Origin: a virus
Taxonomy: Duplodnaviria; Heunggongvirae; Uroviricota; Caudoviricetes
DNA length: 64,000 nucleotides
Direction: 5' to 3' (one strand)
IMG/VR virus record: IMGVR_UViG_2563366840_000001
A program made the translations under genes and the position numbers. The notes below the pieces were generated by a model. The model had not been told where the DNA came from, made no database searches, and saw only the letters and a list, made by a program, of their open reading frames with translations. Numbering within the stretch: position 1 is the first letter of the stretch; each line of letters begins with the position of its first letter. Below, piece after piece: positions 40,773 through 50,884 of the stretch.

Positions 40773-41306
40773 ATGACTATGCGCAAATTATTTTTACCGT
40801 TGATATTTGTTTTATCTGGGTGTGGAGATAATACCGATCCTGCTGATACGTCCACCACAGCTAAGGAGCACGCGGTTTTTAGCGTTGAAACAGATAATCC
40901 GGTTGTAAATCGCGAATTACCGTTTATTCGCCAACAACTCCCCGGCCTGGATAAGTACGCGGACAGTTTTGAAAAAGTCGAAGTATCCGAGGATAGCGAA
41001 CGTCCGGTGACAACGGTGCAGTTTCATATTAAAGACGAAAATAATATTCCAAGTGACTACATAGCCTCTGGTCATAATTGTTATTTGTTCATATCAAATA
41101 ATGCCCACGAAGTGAAAATATCTAAATCAGCATGTCAGGCTGTTTTTTTCGATAAAACGGATGTTCCTGGTGGAGACCTGACCGTGAAACTTGATAAGGA
41201 AAAAGTTCCTATGACAGATGATGGTAAGACCCCGCGAGCAGGTTGTTTGAAAGCTTATTCACCAGAGCCAGATAATGATTATTGGACTTGTCCAAGGCAG
41301 GATTAA
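40773..41306 (+). CDS. Lipoprotein (177 aa)
   Basis: Signal peptide with lipobox LSGC; AT-rich; co-oriented with repressor. Confidence 0.65.
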   Translation: MTMRKLFLPLIFVLSGCGDNTDPADTSTTAKEHAVFSVETDNPVVNRELPFIRQQLPGLDKYADSFEKVEVSEDSERPVTTVQFHIKDENNIPSDYIASGHNCYLFISNNAHEVKISKSACQAVFFDKTDVPGGDLTVKLDKEKVPMTDDGKTPRAGCLKAYSPEPDNDYWTCPRQD

Positions 41307-41353
41307 ATGTTTAGGTGGTGCTGCAGATGCACCACCACCTTTAACTACCTCTT

Positions 41354-42148
41354 TCAAAAATTACAAATTACCAGCTCTTTCTTCGGGCTGGGTTTGCCTG
41401 TTACCTTAAGGTTGTAGCTGATATCAACCGACTGCATGTTCAGACCGTTGAATACCTGCCGCATTTCCGGGATATCGTTCACTGATATAATCATCTTCCC
41501 TTTGATCCTTCGCGCTAAATCTGCCATGTGATCATAGTTTTCCAGCCCGAACTCCACACCATAGCCTTCCGTTCCCCAGTACGGTGGGTCACAGTAGAAC
41601 AGCGTATGCGGGCGATCATATCGCTCTATGCACTGGTGCCAGTCCAGATGCTCTATCAGCGTTCTCGACAGGCGCAGGTGTGCCATCGACAGTTCTTCCT
41701 CAATACGCAGCAAATTGAAGCGCGGCGCACTGGTTGTAGAGGTACCGAATGTGTGATCGGCGACCTTGCCGCCAAATGCCTGTTTCTGCAGGTAGTAGAA
41801 CCGGGCCGCCCGCTGAATGTCGGTGAGCGTTTCTTCCGGCGTATCCTGCAACCATTTGTAAATCTGACGGCTGACCAGCGCCCATTTGAACTGGCGAATA
41901 AATTCTTCCAGATGATGCTTGACCACCCGATAGAGGTTCACCAGTTCCCCGTTGATATCGTTAATGACTTCGGTCTTGCTGGGAGTCTTTAGGAAATAGA
42001 GCGCAGCTGCCCCGCAGAACGGCTCCACATAGCAGGTATGGGCCGGAAACAATGGTAAAATATGCTTCGCCAGACGACGTTTACCGCCAATCCATGGGAC
42101 GATGGGTAAAGATTGTTCTTTCATTATCCGTAAGCCTTTTGCAATCAA
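41354..42148 (-). CDS. DNA adenine methyltransferase, Dam family (264 aa)
   Basis: Motif I EPFCGAAALYF and motif IV DPPY (YCDPPYWG); WIGGKRRL N-terminus. Confidence 0.85.
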   Translation of the reverse strand: MIAKGLRIMKEQSLPIVPWIGGKRRLAKHILPLFPAHTCYVEPFCGAAALYFLKTPSKTEVINDINGELVNLYRVVKHHLEEFIRQFKWALVSRQIYKWLQDTPEETLTDIQRAARFYYLQKQAFGGKVADHTFGTSTTSAPRFNLLRIEEELSMAHLRLSRTLIEHLDWHQCIERYDRPHTLFYCDPPYWGTEGYGVEFGLENYDHMADLARRIKGKMIISVNDIPEMRQVFNGLNMQSVDISYNLKVTGKPSPKKELVICNF

Positions 42149-42338
42149 TGAAAATATGGCAGGCTAGTCTGGTCTCGCGAGACTGACTGAACCCTGGTCG
42201 GCTCACAGTGCATACCTGTGGGTTGATGACCAGCCTGGTGTTACCGCACCGGGCTGGTCGTTCTTTCAAAGCCATCATGCGGTTCACGTCTGCATCCTCA
42301 CTATTAACGCTGTTTAAAATCCCTTTCCCCGACCATTT

Positions 42339-42722
42339 GTGATGCTGTCTCCACTACACAAGGAGACGCTCATGAAAAACCTGAAAAAATTCATTCCCCC
42401 TGTTAAAAAGCCACGTCTCAGCGGCTGGCTGCTGACCGCTGTGCTGCTGCTCGGCACCATCGGTCTGGTATCGCCCCAGCAGCTGCCGGTGGTTGTCTAC
42501 AAGCTATCACTCATCACGCTGGCGGCAGTATTGGGCTACTGGCTTGACCGTTCGCTTTTCCCCAAAGCCCGTCCCGGTCAGTACCTGAAGCATGATGACA
42601 GGCTGATGGCTGATGGTCGCTTCCCTGTCCAGACTGGCCTTCACCTGGTCTTTTCTGCTGCGCTAATCCGCCGTGCGCTGATTGTTGCTGCAGTCTGTCT
42701 GGCCGTAGCGATGGGGCTTTAA
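42339..42722 (+). CDS. Membrane protein, putative holin
   Basis: Hydrophobic segments; first gene of lysis cassette. Confidence 0.45.
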   Translation: MMLSPLHKETLMKNLKKFIPPVKKPRLSGWLLTAVLLLGTIGLVSPQQLPVVVYKLSLITLAAVLGYWLDRSLFPKARPGQYLKHDDRLMADGRFPVQTGLHLVFSAALIRRALIVAAVCLAVAMGL

Positions 42723-43459
42723 TGATGACCCTCTATATGTACTGGCCTCAGGTTGTCTGGGCCGTGCTGGTACTGCTGGGGCTGGGCATCGAACTGGCCC
42801 GCTACGGGCAGGCCCGAACGGGTAAGCACAGTTTCTGGTGGCAGCTCTTTGGTTCAGTAACGGTAGCCTGGCTGCTCTGGTGTGGCGGCTTCTTCAGTCA
42901 GGCCCGCGCTGCCCAGCCACCGCAGACCGCGCTGCAGTATCGCGACGATGTGATCCGTAATGCCCGGCTTGAATGGGGAATGTCTGCGCCGGTGGCCGAC
43001 TTCGCCGCGCAGCTGCATCAGGAAAGCGGCTGGCGACCTGATGCGGTCTCGCCGGTTGGCGCTCAGGGACTGGCGCAGTTTATGCCCACCACCGCTGACT
43101 GGATAAGTCAGCTGATGCCGGGGCTTAACAGCCGTGAACCGTTTAATCCGTCTTGGGCCATCCGGGCGCTGGTCAGCTATGACCGCTGGCTGTGGCAACG
43201 CGTCAGCGCCGTCAATGACTGCGAGCGTATGGCCATGACGCTGTCAGGCTATAACGGTGGTCTGGGCTGGGTACAGCGGGACAAACGGCTGGCCTCGCAG
43301 CAGGGGCTGGACAGCACCCGCTGGTTTGGTCATGTCGCCACGGTGAATGCCGGACGCAGCACTGCCAACTGGCGGGAGAACCGTCATTATCCGCAGCGCA
43401 TCCTGCACGAACTGGCCCCGCGTTATCTCACCTGGGGAGGCGGCAGCTGTGTGGACTAA
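42722..43459 (+). CDS. Endolysin, lytic transglycosylase (SLT domain) with N-terminal membrane anchor (245 aa)
   Basis: ESGWRPDAVSPVGAQGLAQFMP SLT catalytic motif. Confidence 0.75.
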   Translation: MMTLYMYWPQVVWAVLVLLGLGIELARYGQARTGKHSFWWQLFGSVTVAWLLWCGGFFSQARAAQPPQTALQYRDDVIRNARLEWGMSAPVADFAAQLHQESGWRPDAVSPVGAQGLAQFMPTTADWISQLMPGLNSREPFNPSWAIRALVSYDRWLWQRVSAVNDCERMAMTLSGYNGGLGWVQRDKRLASQQGLDSTRWFGHVATVNAGRSTANWRENRHYPQRILHELAPRYLTWGGGSCVD

Positions 43460-44102
43460 CCTGCTAAAAAATCTGCCGTGGCGCAGTCTGCTGCTGGCGG
43501 TGGTCATAAATGCTTTTCTGATTGGGCTTTATTACCTGGGCTACAAAAGCGGGCATGAAAACGCCACGCGCGACGGCGATAAGGCGGTCAGTGAGTTGCA
43601 GTCAGCATTCGACACGTACAAAACGGAGCAGGCAACGCTTGAGAACGCTGCGTTGCGGGCTTGGGCGAAACGGTATCAGGAACAGGTAGCCGCCGGGCAG
43701 CAGGCTGAAGCCAGTTACCTTGAGCAGATTGCTCAACTGGAGAGCCAGAACAAACAACTACAGGGGCAAATTAACGATGTCACACAGCGCTGGATTGATG
43801 AAAAAGGTAAGAGCCATCCCATTGAGTGCGTGTTTACTCGCGGTTTCGTGCGCCAGTACAACGCCGCGCTCGGATATGACAACGCATCCGTCGACACCGG
43901 TCATTCAGACGCAACTGCCGCCGCTGGCACCGGCACTGGCGCAGCGTCCGGGCAACCTGAAGCCGCTGACGCCTGGCTACGCAACTCAGGCGTCTCCCAG
44001 CGTGATGTCCTCGCCAACATCATCGACAACGCGAAGCAGTGCCGCATCTGGCGCAGCCAGATAAACGGGATGCTGGACGAACGGGAAGGATTACAGAAAT
44101 GA
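43449..44102 (+). CDS. i-spanin-like protein (start uncertain: GTG 43449 or ATG 43347)
   Basis: N-terminal TMD WRSLLLAVVINAFLIGLYYLGY then coiled coil. Confidence 0.5.
   Translation: MWTNLLKNLPWRSLLLAVVINAFLIGLYYLGYKSGHENATRDGDKAVSELQSAFDTYKTEQATLENAALRAWAKRYQEQVAAGQQAEASYLEQIAQLESQNKQLQGQINDVTQRWIDEKGKSHPIECVFTRGFVRQYNAALGYDNASVDTGHSDATAAAGTGTGAASGQPEAADAWLRNSGVSQRDVLANIIDNAKQCRIWRSQINGMLDEREGLQK
43798..44064 (+). CDS. o-spanin-like lipoprotein embedded in the +1 frame of the i-spanin gene
   Basis: MKKVRAIPLSACLLAVSC lipobox followed by proline-rich segment. Confidence 0.5.
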   Translation: MKKVRAIPLSACLLAVSCASTTPRSDMTTHPSTPVIQTQLPPLAPALAQRPGNLKPLTPGYATQASPSVMSSPTSSTTRSSAASGAAR

Positions 44103-44431
44103 CGTTGCAGGTTGAATTCTGGACGGTGGTGGGCTTTCTCATCACCTTCATGAGCTTTGTCGGCGGTATGGCCAAGTGGCTGTTCAGTAAAGCGGAGGAG
44201 CGTCAGGCGGCGCGGTTCGCCTCTCTTGAGCAGTCGCTGCAACAGTCCGCTTCCAACTGGGGCGAGCTGGAAAAAGAATTTATGCGGTTTAAGGCGGATT
44301 TACCGCTGAACTACGTCCGCCGCGAGGATTACATCCGTGGGCAGACGGTCATCGAGGCCAAGCTGGACGCACTCTACAACAAACTGGAAGTGGTACAGCA
44401 GTATCGTCATACAGGAGGTCACCATGGTTGA
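44099..44431 (+). CDS. Small membrane protein
   Basis: MTLQVEFWTVVGFLITFMSFVGG TMD. Confidence 0.4.
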   Translation: MTLQVEFWTVVGFLITFMSFVGGMAKWLFSKAEERQAARFASLEQSLQQSASNWGELEKEFMRFKADLPLNYVRREDYIRGQTVIEAKLDALYNKLEVVQQYRHTGGHHG

Positions 44432-44735
44432 TATCGCCCGCGTGCGCCGGGAATCCCTGCGCTGGAGTCTGCTGGTTGCTCTGAACAAAACCCGCCCGTA
44501 CACCGCCAGCGAGACGCTGCTGCTGGACGTGTCCCGCGCCATCTACCCGGACACCACTCCGCTGGAGCTGCGCCGTGAGCTGGATTATCTGTCCGACCGC
44601 AAGATGGTTGATCTGGAGAAAAAACCCTCCGGCGACTGGTTTGCCGACCTGACCCGCCTCGGCGTTGACCTGGTGGAATATACCGTGGAATGCGGCCCCG
44701 GTATCGCCCGCCCGGAAAAGTACTGGAGTGAATGA
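44424..44735 (+). CDS. Hypothetical protein
   Basis: AGGAGG RBS before ATG 44424. Confidence 0.4.
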   Translation: MVDIARVRRESLRWSLLVALNKTRPYTASETLLLDVSRAIYPDTTPLELRRELDYLSDRKMVDLEKKPSGDWFADLTRLGVDLVEYTVECGPGIARPEKYWSE

Positions 44736-45280
44736 TGGCCAGACGCAGCACGATAGAAAAGCTGCCGGAAGACGTGCGTCGCTGGCTTGAGCGGGCGCTG
44801 ACTGAATCCGGCTTCAGCGGGTATAACGAGCTGGAGTCCCTGCTGCGTGAGCAGGGTTATGTCATCAGCAAATCGGCTATCCATCGCTATGGCCAGAAGA
44901 TTGAGCGCCGCTATGGCGCTATCCGTGCAGCCACTGAAGCGGCCCGGATGCTGACCGAAGGTGCGGCTGACGATCAGGATGCACGTTCGGAGGCGGTGAT
45001 CGCCCTGATTCAGACCGAGCTGTTCGAGAGCATCGTCCAGCTGCAGGAAGCGGAAGAAGGCGAAGTCGACCCCAAAGAGCGCGTGGCGCTGTTGTCGAAG
45101 GTGGCAAAGAACGTGGCCACGCTGTCCCGCGCTTCCGTCAACCTCAAGAAGTTCCAGTCTGAAGTCCGGGCCAGAGCGCAGCAGGCGGCCAGCAACGCCG
45201 AGAAAATTGCCCGTAAGGGTGGACTGTCAACCGATGCGGTACAGGCGCTGCGTCGTGAAATTCTGGGGATTGCCTCATGA
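44732..45280 (+). CDS. Mu gp27-like protein, putative terminase small subunit (182 aa)
   Basis: Position immediately upstream of terminase large subunit. Confidence 0.55.
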   Translation: MMARRSTIEKLPEDVRRWLERALTESGFSGYNELESLLREQGYVISKSAIHRYGQKIERRYGAIRAATEAARMLTEGAADDQDARSEAVIALIQTELFESIVQLQEAEEGEVDPKERVALLSKVAKNVATLSRASVNLKKFQSEVRARAQQAASNAEKIARKGGLSTDAVQALRREILGIAS

Positions 45281-46800
45281 GCCAGCTTGCTCCTGTTTTG
45301 CCTGACACCTCGGCGCTGGATATCCCCGCCGTTCTGATGCCCTACCAGCAGCGCTGGGTGGCTGACACGTCTCCGCTCAAGGTGATTGAGAAGAGCCGCC
45401 GAACCGGTATCACCTGGGCTGAGGCGTCCGATGACGTGCTGACCGCAGCCTCTTCAGCCCCTGCGGGTGGGATGAACGTGTATTACATCGCCTATAACCA
45501 GGACATGACCGTCGAATATATTCAGGCGTGTGCGATGTGGGCGCGGGCATTCAACTATGCCGCCAGTGAAATCGAAGAGGGTTTCTGGGAAGAGGACGAA
45601 GACGACAAGCATATCAAGACCTACACCATCAAATTCCCTGACTCCGGCTTCCGCGTTGTCGCGCTCTCCAGCCGTCCGTCTAACCTGCGTGGCCGTCAGG
45701 GCATCATCGTTATCGACGAAGCGGCGTTCCATGAGCAACTGGACGAACTGCTGAAGGCGGCGCTGGCGATGCTTATCTGGGGCGGTAAAGTGCGCGTTAT
45801 CTCCACCCATGACGGTGACGATAACCCGTTCAATACGCTTATCGGTGATATCCGGGCCGGGCGTCAGGGGGGCAGCGTACATCGCATTACTTTTCAGGAG
45901 GCTGTGTCCCAAGGGCTGTTCCACCGCGTCTGCCTGCGTACCGGGAAAGAATGGTCGGAAGCATCCGAGCAGGCGTGGATGGCATCGGTGTACAAATTCT
46001 ACGGTGCCGGTGCATCGGAGGAGCTTGACTGTGTTCCGGCCAACGGTGGCGGAGCCTGGCTGTCCCGCGCCCTGATTGAGTCCCGTATGTCGGCTGGCAC
46101 GCCGGTGTTGCGTCTGACCTGCCCGGAGGGTTACGAGCTGAAGCCCGATGATGTCCGCTGGAGCGAGACGCAGGAGTGGCTTGATACACATCTGAAACCG
46201 TTGCTGGAGGCGCTCCCCGCTGACGCACGTTCTTTCCTGGGTCGCGACTTTGGCCGCAGCGGTGACCTGTCGGTGGACTATCCCCTGCTGCAGGAGAAGA
46301 ACCTAGTTCGCCGCGTGCCGTTCGTGCTGGAGCTGCGCAACGTGCCGTTCAAACAGCAGGAGCAAATCGCCTGGTACCTGATGGATGGCCTGCCAAACCT
46401 GATGGGCGCGGCGCTTGATGCCCGTGGTAACGGCTCTTACCTCGCCGAATACGCCATGCAGCGCTACGGCTCCAGCCGGGTTAAGCAGGTGATGCCAACT
46501 GAAAACTGGTATCGCGAGCATATGCCGCCGGTCAAGGCTGCGCTGGAAGATGGCAACCTGGTGGATTTACCGAAGGATGAAGATACGCTGGATGACCTGC
46601 GGGCCGTTCAGGTGGTAAACGGCGTTCCCCGCGTGCCGGAACAGCGCTCAAAAGCGAAGTCTGACAGTGGCAAGCGTCACGGGGATTCAGCCATCGCACT
46701 GGCGCTGGCGTACTTCGCCAGTCGTGAAATTAACAAAGGGCCGGTGAAGGCAAGCTCACGCCGTCGTCGTCAGGCGGCCCGTATGCTGGAGGATTACTGA
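45277..46800 (+). CDS. Terminase large subunit, Mu gp28-like (507 aa)
   Basis: ATPase/nuclease terminase pattern; position before portal. Confidence 0.8.
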   Translation: MSQLAPVLPDTSALDIPAVLMPYQQRWVADTSPLKVIEKSRRTGITWAEASDDVLTAASSAPAGGMNVYYIAYNQDMTVEYIQACAMWARAFNYAASEIEEGFWEEDEDDKHIKTYTIKFPDSGFRVVALSSRPSNLRGRQGIIVIDEAAFHEQLDELLKAALAMLIWGGKVRVISTHDGDDNPFNTLIGDIRAGRQGGSVHRITFQEAVSQGLFHRVCLRTGKEWSEASEQAWMASVYKFYGAGASEELDCVPANGGGAWLSRALIESRMSAGTPVLRLTCPEGYELKPDDVRWSETQEWLDTHLKPLLEALPADARSFLGRDFGRSGDLSVDYPLLQEKNLVRRVPFVLELRNVPFKQQEQIAWYLMDGLPNLMGAALDARGNGSYLAEYAMQRYGSSRVKQVMPTENWYREHMPPVKAALEDGNLVDLPKDEDTLDDLRAVQVVNGVPRVPEQRSKAKSDSGKRHGDSAIALALAYFASREINKGPVKASSRRRRQAARMLEDY

Positions 46801-48296
46801 TGGCCCGTGGACTCTGGGTTTCACCCAGTGAGTTCGTCAAATTTGCCGAACCTAATAAAACACTGACGGAGCAGATCGCCTCGCGCAGCCGCTCCATCGA
46901 CTTCTTCGGGCTGGGGATGTACCTGCCTAACCCTGACCCCATTCTGAAATCTCAGGGCCGGGATATCCGCATCTATCGCGAGCTGCGTACCGACCCGCTG
47001 GTCGGTGGCTGCATCCGCAGGCGTAAGGCGGCGGTCAAATCGCTGGAGCGCGGTCTTGAACGTGGCCATGCCCCGGCGCGGGTATTCAGCTTCATCCGGG
47101 ATATGCTCGACGATCTGGATCTGTCCCGCATCATCGGCGAGATGACCGACGCCGTTCTCTACGGGTATCAGCCCTGTGAGATCATGTGGGGACGCTCTGT
47201 TAAATCCTGGGCCATTGCCGATATCGTAGGTAAACCCCCTGAGTGGTTCCAGTTCGACAACGACAACCTGCTGCGCTTTCGCGCCAAGGACGCCGGGCTG
47301 GAAGGCGAGCCGGTACCGCTGAACAAGTTTGTGGTACCGCGTCAGGACGCGACCTACGATAACCCGTATGGCTTCCCTGACCTGTCGATGTGCTTCTGGC
47401 CCGTGACCTTCAAAAAAGGCGGCATGAAGTTCTGGGTGCGCTTTGCCGAGAAATATGGCTCACCGTGGGTTATCGGCAAGCATCCGCGCGGTACCGCTCA
47501 GGGTGAGATTGACCTGCTGCTGGATTCCATGGAGGCAATGGTGGAAGACGCGGTGGCCGCTATCCCCGACGATTCCTCCATTGAAATTAAGGAGGCCGCA
47601 GGCAAGGCCGACAGCAGCGATATTTATCAGAACCTGATAACGCTTGCCCGCAGTGAAATCTCCATCGCCCTGCTGGGGCAGAACCAGACCACCGAGGCCA
47701 ACAGTAACCGCGCCTCCGCGCAGGCCGGACTGGAGGTTACTGATGATATCCGTGACGCTGACGCTGATATCGTGGAAAGCGCGGTGAATCAGGCCATCAG
47801 GATGGCGGTATCAATGAACTTTGGCGACGTGGCCAGCCCCGTCTGGAAGATGTGGGAACAGGGAACGGTCGACGATACCCAGGCAACCCGCGACGAGAAA
47901 CTCAGCCGCTCCGGTGTGGTCTTCACCCCGCAATACTTCAAGCGTGAGTACCAGCTGCAGGACGGTGATATTGACGAGACACCACCGTCAGAACGCCAGA
48001 AGAACATGCTGCCGCTGTCATTTGCCGAAGCTATTGATGCCGATATTCAGGCACAGCAGGCCCTGGACGACGCGCTGGATATTATGATGAACGGAGGCGC
48101 GTTAAATGGCACGCTGGAACCCGTACTGGCTCCTTTGTTTAAGCGGGTTGAAGATGGCGTCAATCCGTCTGAGCTGCTGGGCGAACTGGCCGAGCTGTAC
48201 CCGCAGATGAACGCTGAAGACCTGCAGGAACGGCTGGCACGGATTATGTTTGTTGCAACTGTCTGGGGGCGTCTGCATGAGCGTGACAACGGCTGA
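46800..48296 (+). CDS. Portal protein, Mu gp29-like (498 aa)
   Basis: Size and position. Confidence 0.75.
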   Translation: MARGLWVSPSEFVKFAEPNKTLTEQIASRSRSIDFFGLGMYLPNPDPILKSQGRDIRIYRELRTDPLVGGCIRRRKAAVKSLERGLERGHAPARVFSFIRDMLDDLDLSRIIGEMTDAVLYGYQPCEIMWGRSVKSWAIADIVGKPPEWFQFDNDNLLRFRAKDAGLEGEPVPLNKFVVPRQDATYDNPYGFPDLSMCFWPVTFKKGGMKFWVRFAEKYGSPWVIGKHPRGTAQGEIDLLLDSMEAMVEDAVAAIPDDSSIEIKEAAGKADSSDIYQNLITLARSEISIALLGQNQTTEANSNRASAQAGLEVTDDIRDADADIVESAVNQAIRMAVSMNFGDVASPVWKMWEQGTVDDTQATRDEKLSRSGVVFTPQYFKREYQLQDGDIDETPPSERQKNMLPLSFAEAIDADIQAQQALDDALDIMMNGGALNGTLEPVLAPLFKRVEDGVNPSELLGELAELYPQMNAEDLQERLARIMFVATVWGRLHERDNG

Positions 48297-49098
48297 ACTG
48301 GCGTACTGCATGACGTTGCCCCCCAAACGGGCTATCAGTTACCTGAAGTCCAAAGGGTATAGCTTCACGTGGGACTGGGAGGAGATGTGGCAGGATGCCC
48401 ATGCCCGCGCCTTTACCGTCGCCAAAGTGACCCGCCTTGATATCCTGGAAGATATTCGCGGGGCACTGCAGCAGGCTGTCGATGAAGGAAAAACAGGCCG
48501 CTGGTTCCGGCAGGAGCTGGAGCCGGAGCTGCAGCGTAAGGGATGGTGGGGGCCACGTGACACCACCGACCCGGTAACGGGCGAGCCGGTCACCATCCAG
48601 CAGGGCAGCCCATGGCGTCTCGACACCATCTTTCGCACAAATATGTCCGTACTCTACAGCGCCGGTCGCTGGGCTGAGCAGATGGAGAACGTCGACGACA
48701 GGCCGTACTGGATGTATACCGGCATCAACGACAGCCATACCCGCAAGAGCCATCTGGCGCTGCATGGTCTGGTGCTGCGCTATGATGACCCGTTCTGGCA
48801 GGCGTTCTATCCGCCGAACGGCTGGCGCTGCCGTTGTGGCGTGATTGCCCTGAGCGCGGCGGATGTGCGTGCCCGTGGCCTGAAGGTGTCAGGTTCTGGC
48901 GCAGCTCTGGGATGGGAGCTGAAGCTGGTCTCAGAGAAAACCGGCGAGATGCAGAACGTCGCCACCTTCAATACCGGCACCACGAAGGTGGCTACCGACG
49001 TCGGCTGGTCTTATGCGCCGGGGGCAGCATACCGTCCCGACCTTGCCCGCTATCAGGGGACGCTTCAACCGCTGGCACAGCAGGAACTGAGAGGATAA
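48277..49098 (+). CDS. Head morphogenesis protein, Mu F-like
   Basis: Position after portal; start at ATG 48277. Confidence 0.6.
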   Translation: MSVTTAELAYCMTLPPKRAISYLKSKGYSFTWDWEEMWQDAHARAFTVAKVTRLDILEDIRGALQQAVDEGKTGRWFRQELEPELQRKGWWGPRDTTDPVTGEPVTIQQGSPWRLDTIFRTNMSVLYSAGRWAEQMENVDDRPYWMYTGINDSHTRKSHLALHGLVLRYDDPFWQAFYPPNGWRCRCGVIALSAADVRARGLKVSGSGAALGWELKLVSEKTGEMQNVATFNTGTTKVATDVGWSYAPGAAYRPDLARYQGTLQPLAQQELRG

Positions 49099-49100
49099 CG

Positions 49101-49559
49101 ATGGCTTCCGATAACCTGGTCAATGTCACCATTAACGATGAATCCCTGCGCCGGAGCCTCCGTGCGCTGGATCTTGCTGCCACAGACCTGGAACCCGCGA
49201 TGCGCAAAATCGCCGGAACCCTGCTGGCGGAAACGCAGTTTAACTTTCTCGATGAGGGGCGTCCGGGGTGGACTCCCTCGCTGGCAGCGCAGGAGCGCGA
49301 CGGGCAAACGCTGCAGGATACCGGGCGTCTGATGGGGTCGGTATCAACCGACCATGACGACCGGCAGGCAGCGGTTGGCACTAATGTCGTTTATGGGCCG
49401 ATTCACCAGTTTGGGGGTAAAACGGGGCGTAATGAGTCCGTTGAACTTCCTGCCCGTCCGTTCCTGCCGCTGACGGGGGACGGTGAGCTGCAGCCTGAAG
49501 TGGTTGTCCCTATCCTCGATACGATTGTCCGCCATCTTGAAGCAGCGGCCCGTCGCTGA
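49101..49559 (+). CDS. Virion morphogenesis protein, Mu G-like
   Basis: MASDNLVNVTINDESLRR...; start at ATG 49101 inside longer ORF. Confidence 0.5.
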   Translation: MASDNLVNVTINDESLRRSLRALDLAATDLEPAMRKIAGTLLAETQFNFLDEGRPGWTPSLAAQERDGQTLQDTGRLMGSVSTDHDDRQAAVGTNVVYGPIHQFGGKTGRNESVELPARPFLPLTGDGELQPEVVVPILDTIVRHLEAAARR

Positions 49560-49773
49560 GTTTTGTCTCTGCAGGCGGGTGATTTATCATTGCCAGCCGC
49601 TGAGGGGCTGTATTACCTTTATAAAGGCTTTACAGCCCCCGCTTTGCACCACTATTCGCCCGCAGCGTGACATTCCCCGTACTGATACCCCCGATTTTTT
49701 CTAAAGCAGATTAAAAGCGCTGCTGACGCTTTTTCCACAGACTGTCCCCGACAACGTAACGCGGGACAGCAAA

Positions 49774-50871
49774 ATGCCAGCCATTCACATTTTTAAAGCC
49801 GGTACTCATACCGATATGCACGGCACGAAATTGCCGTTCACGCAAAGCGATCTTGCCGCCTGCGTGAAAGCCTATGACCCGTCCGTCCATGAAGCACCAC
49901 TCGTTATCGGCCACCCCAAAACGGAAGACCCGGCGTGGGGCTGGGTGAAATCCCTGTCGCTTAACGGCGGCGATCTGCTGGCTGAGCCTGACCAGCTCGA
50001 CCCGCAGTTTGCCGAACTGGTGGGCAACGGGCGCTTCAAGAAGGTCTCAGCCTCGTTCTATCTCCCGGACTCACCGAACAACCCGAAGCCCGGCACGCTT
50101 TACCTGCGTCATGTCGGCTTTCTGGGGGCGCAGCCACCGTCCATTAAGGGGCTTAAGCAGGTTTCGTTTGGTGAGAAAGAAGAAGGCGTCGTGGAGTTTG
50201 CCGACTGGAGTGATATCACCAACGCCTCTTTATGGGGCCGTCTGCGCGATTTTCTGATCGCCCAGTTCGGGCTGGACGAGACCGACAAGGTGCTTCCTTC
50301 ATGGCAGGTGGACTCCCTGCGTGAAGAGGCTTACCGCGACACCGGGAAGTCTGAACCGGACTTCAGTGAACACAATCCCACCCCTCAAAAAGAGAACAGC
50401 ACCATGACTGAAGAAGAAATCAAAGCGCTTCAGGCGGAAAACACGCGTCTGAAAGCGGAAGCCACCCAGCGGGCGGAACAGGAAGCGAAGGCTAAGCAGG
50501 ACAAACTGCACGCGGACAACGTCTCCTTTGCCGAGAAGCTGGTTGGCGATGGCCGACTGGCTCCTAAAGCGAAGTCGGTTGTCGTGGCCATTCTGGACGC
50601 GGTCTCTGCAGGCGACAAGCCGGTTGAGTTTGCCGAAGGCGATATCCGCACCCCTCTGGCCACGGCGTTTAAGACGCTGCTGGACAGCACTGAGCCGGTA
50701 CTGAATTTCAGTGAGCACGCGACCAAAGACCGCGTGAACACGGAGATCAAAACGACGTCAGCAGAGTTCGCTGAAGCCGACCCGGAACGTCTGGCGCTGC
50801 ATCAGAAAGCGCTGGAACTGTCGAAAAAAGAAGGCATCAGCTACGACGCTGCTGTCTCCCGCTGCCTGTAA
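49774..50871 (+). CDS. Head protease/scaffold, Mu I-like (365 aa)
   Basis: Position before major capsid gene; coiled-coil C-terminal half. Confidence 0.6.
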   Translation: MPAIHIFKAGTHTDMHGTKLPFTQSDLAACVKAYDPSVHEAPLVIGHPKTEDPAWGWVKSLSLNGGDLLAEPDQLDPQFAELVGNGRFKKVSASFYLPDSPNNPKPGTLYLRHVGFLGAQPPSIKGLKQVSFGEKEEGVVEFADWSDITNASLWGRLRDFLIAQFGLDETDKVLPSWQVDSLREEAYRDTGKSEPDFSEHNPTPQKENSTMTEEEIKALQAENTRLKAEATQRAEQEAKAKQDKLHADNVSFAEKLVGDGRLAPKAKSVVVAILDAVSAGDKPVEFAEGDIRTPLATAFKTLLDSTEPVLNFSEHATKDRVNTEIKTTSAEFAEADPERLALHQKALELSKKEGISYDAAVSRCL

Positions 50872-50884
50872 TTAAGGAGAGAAC

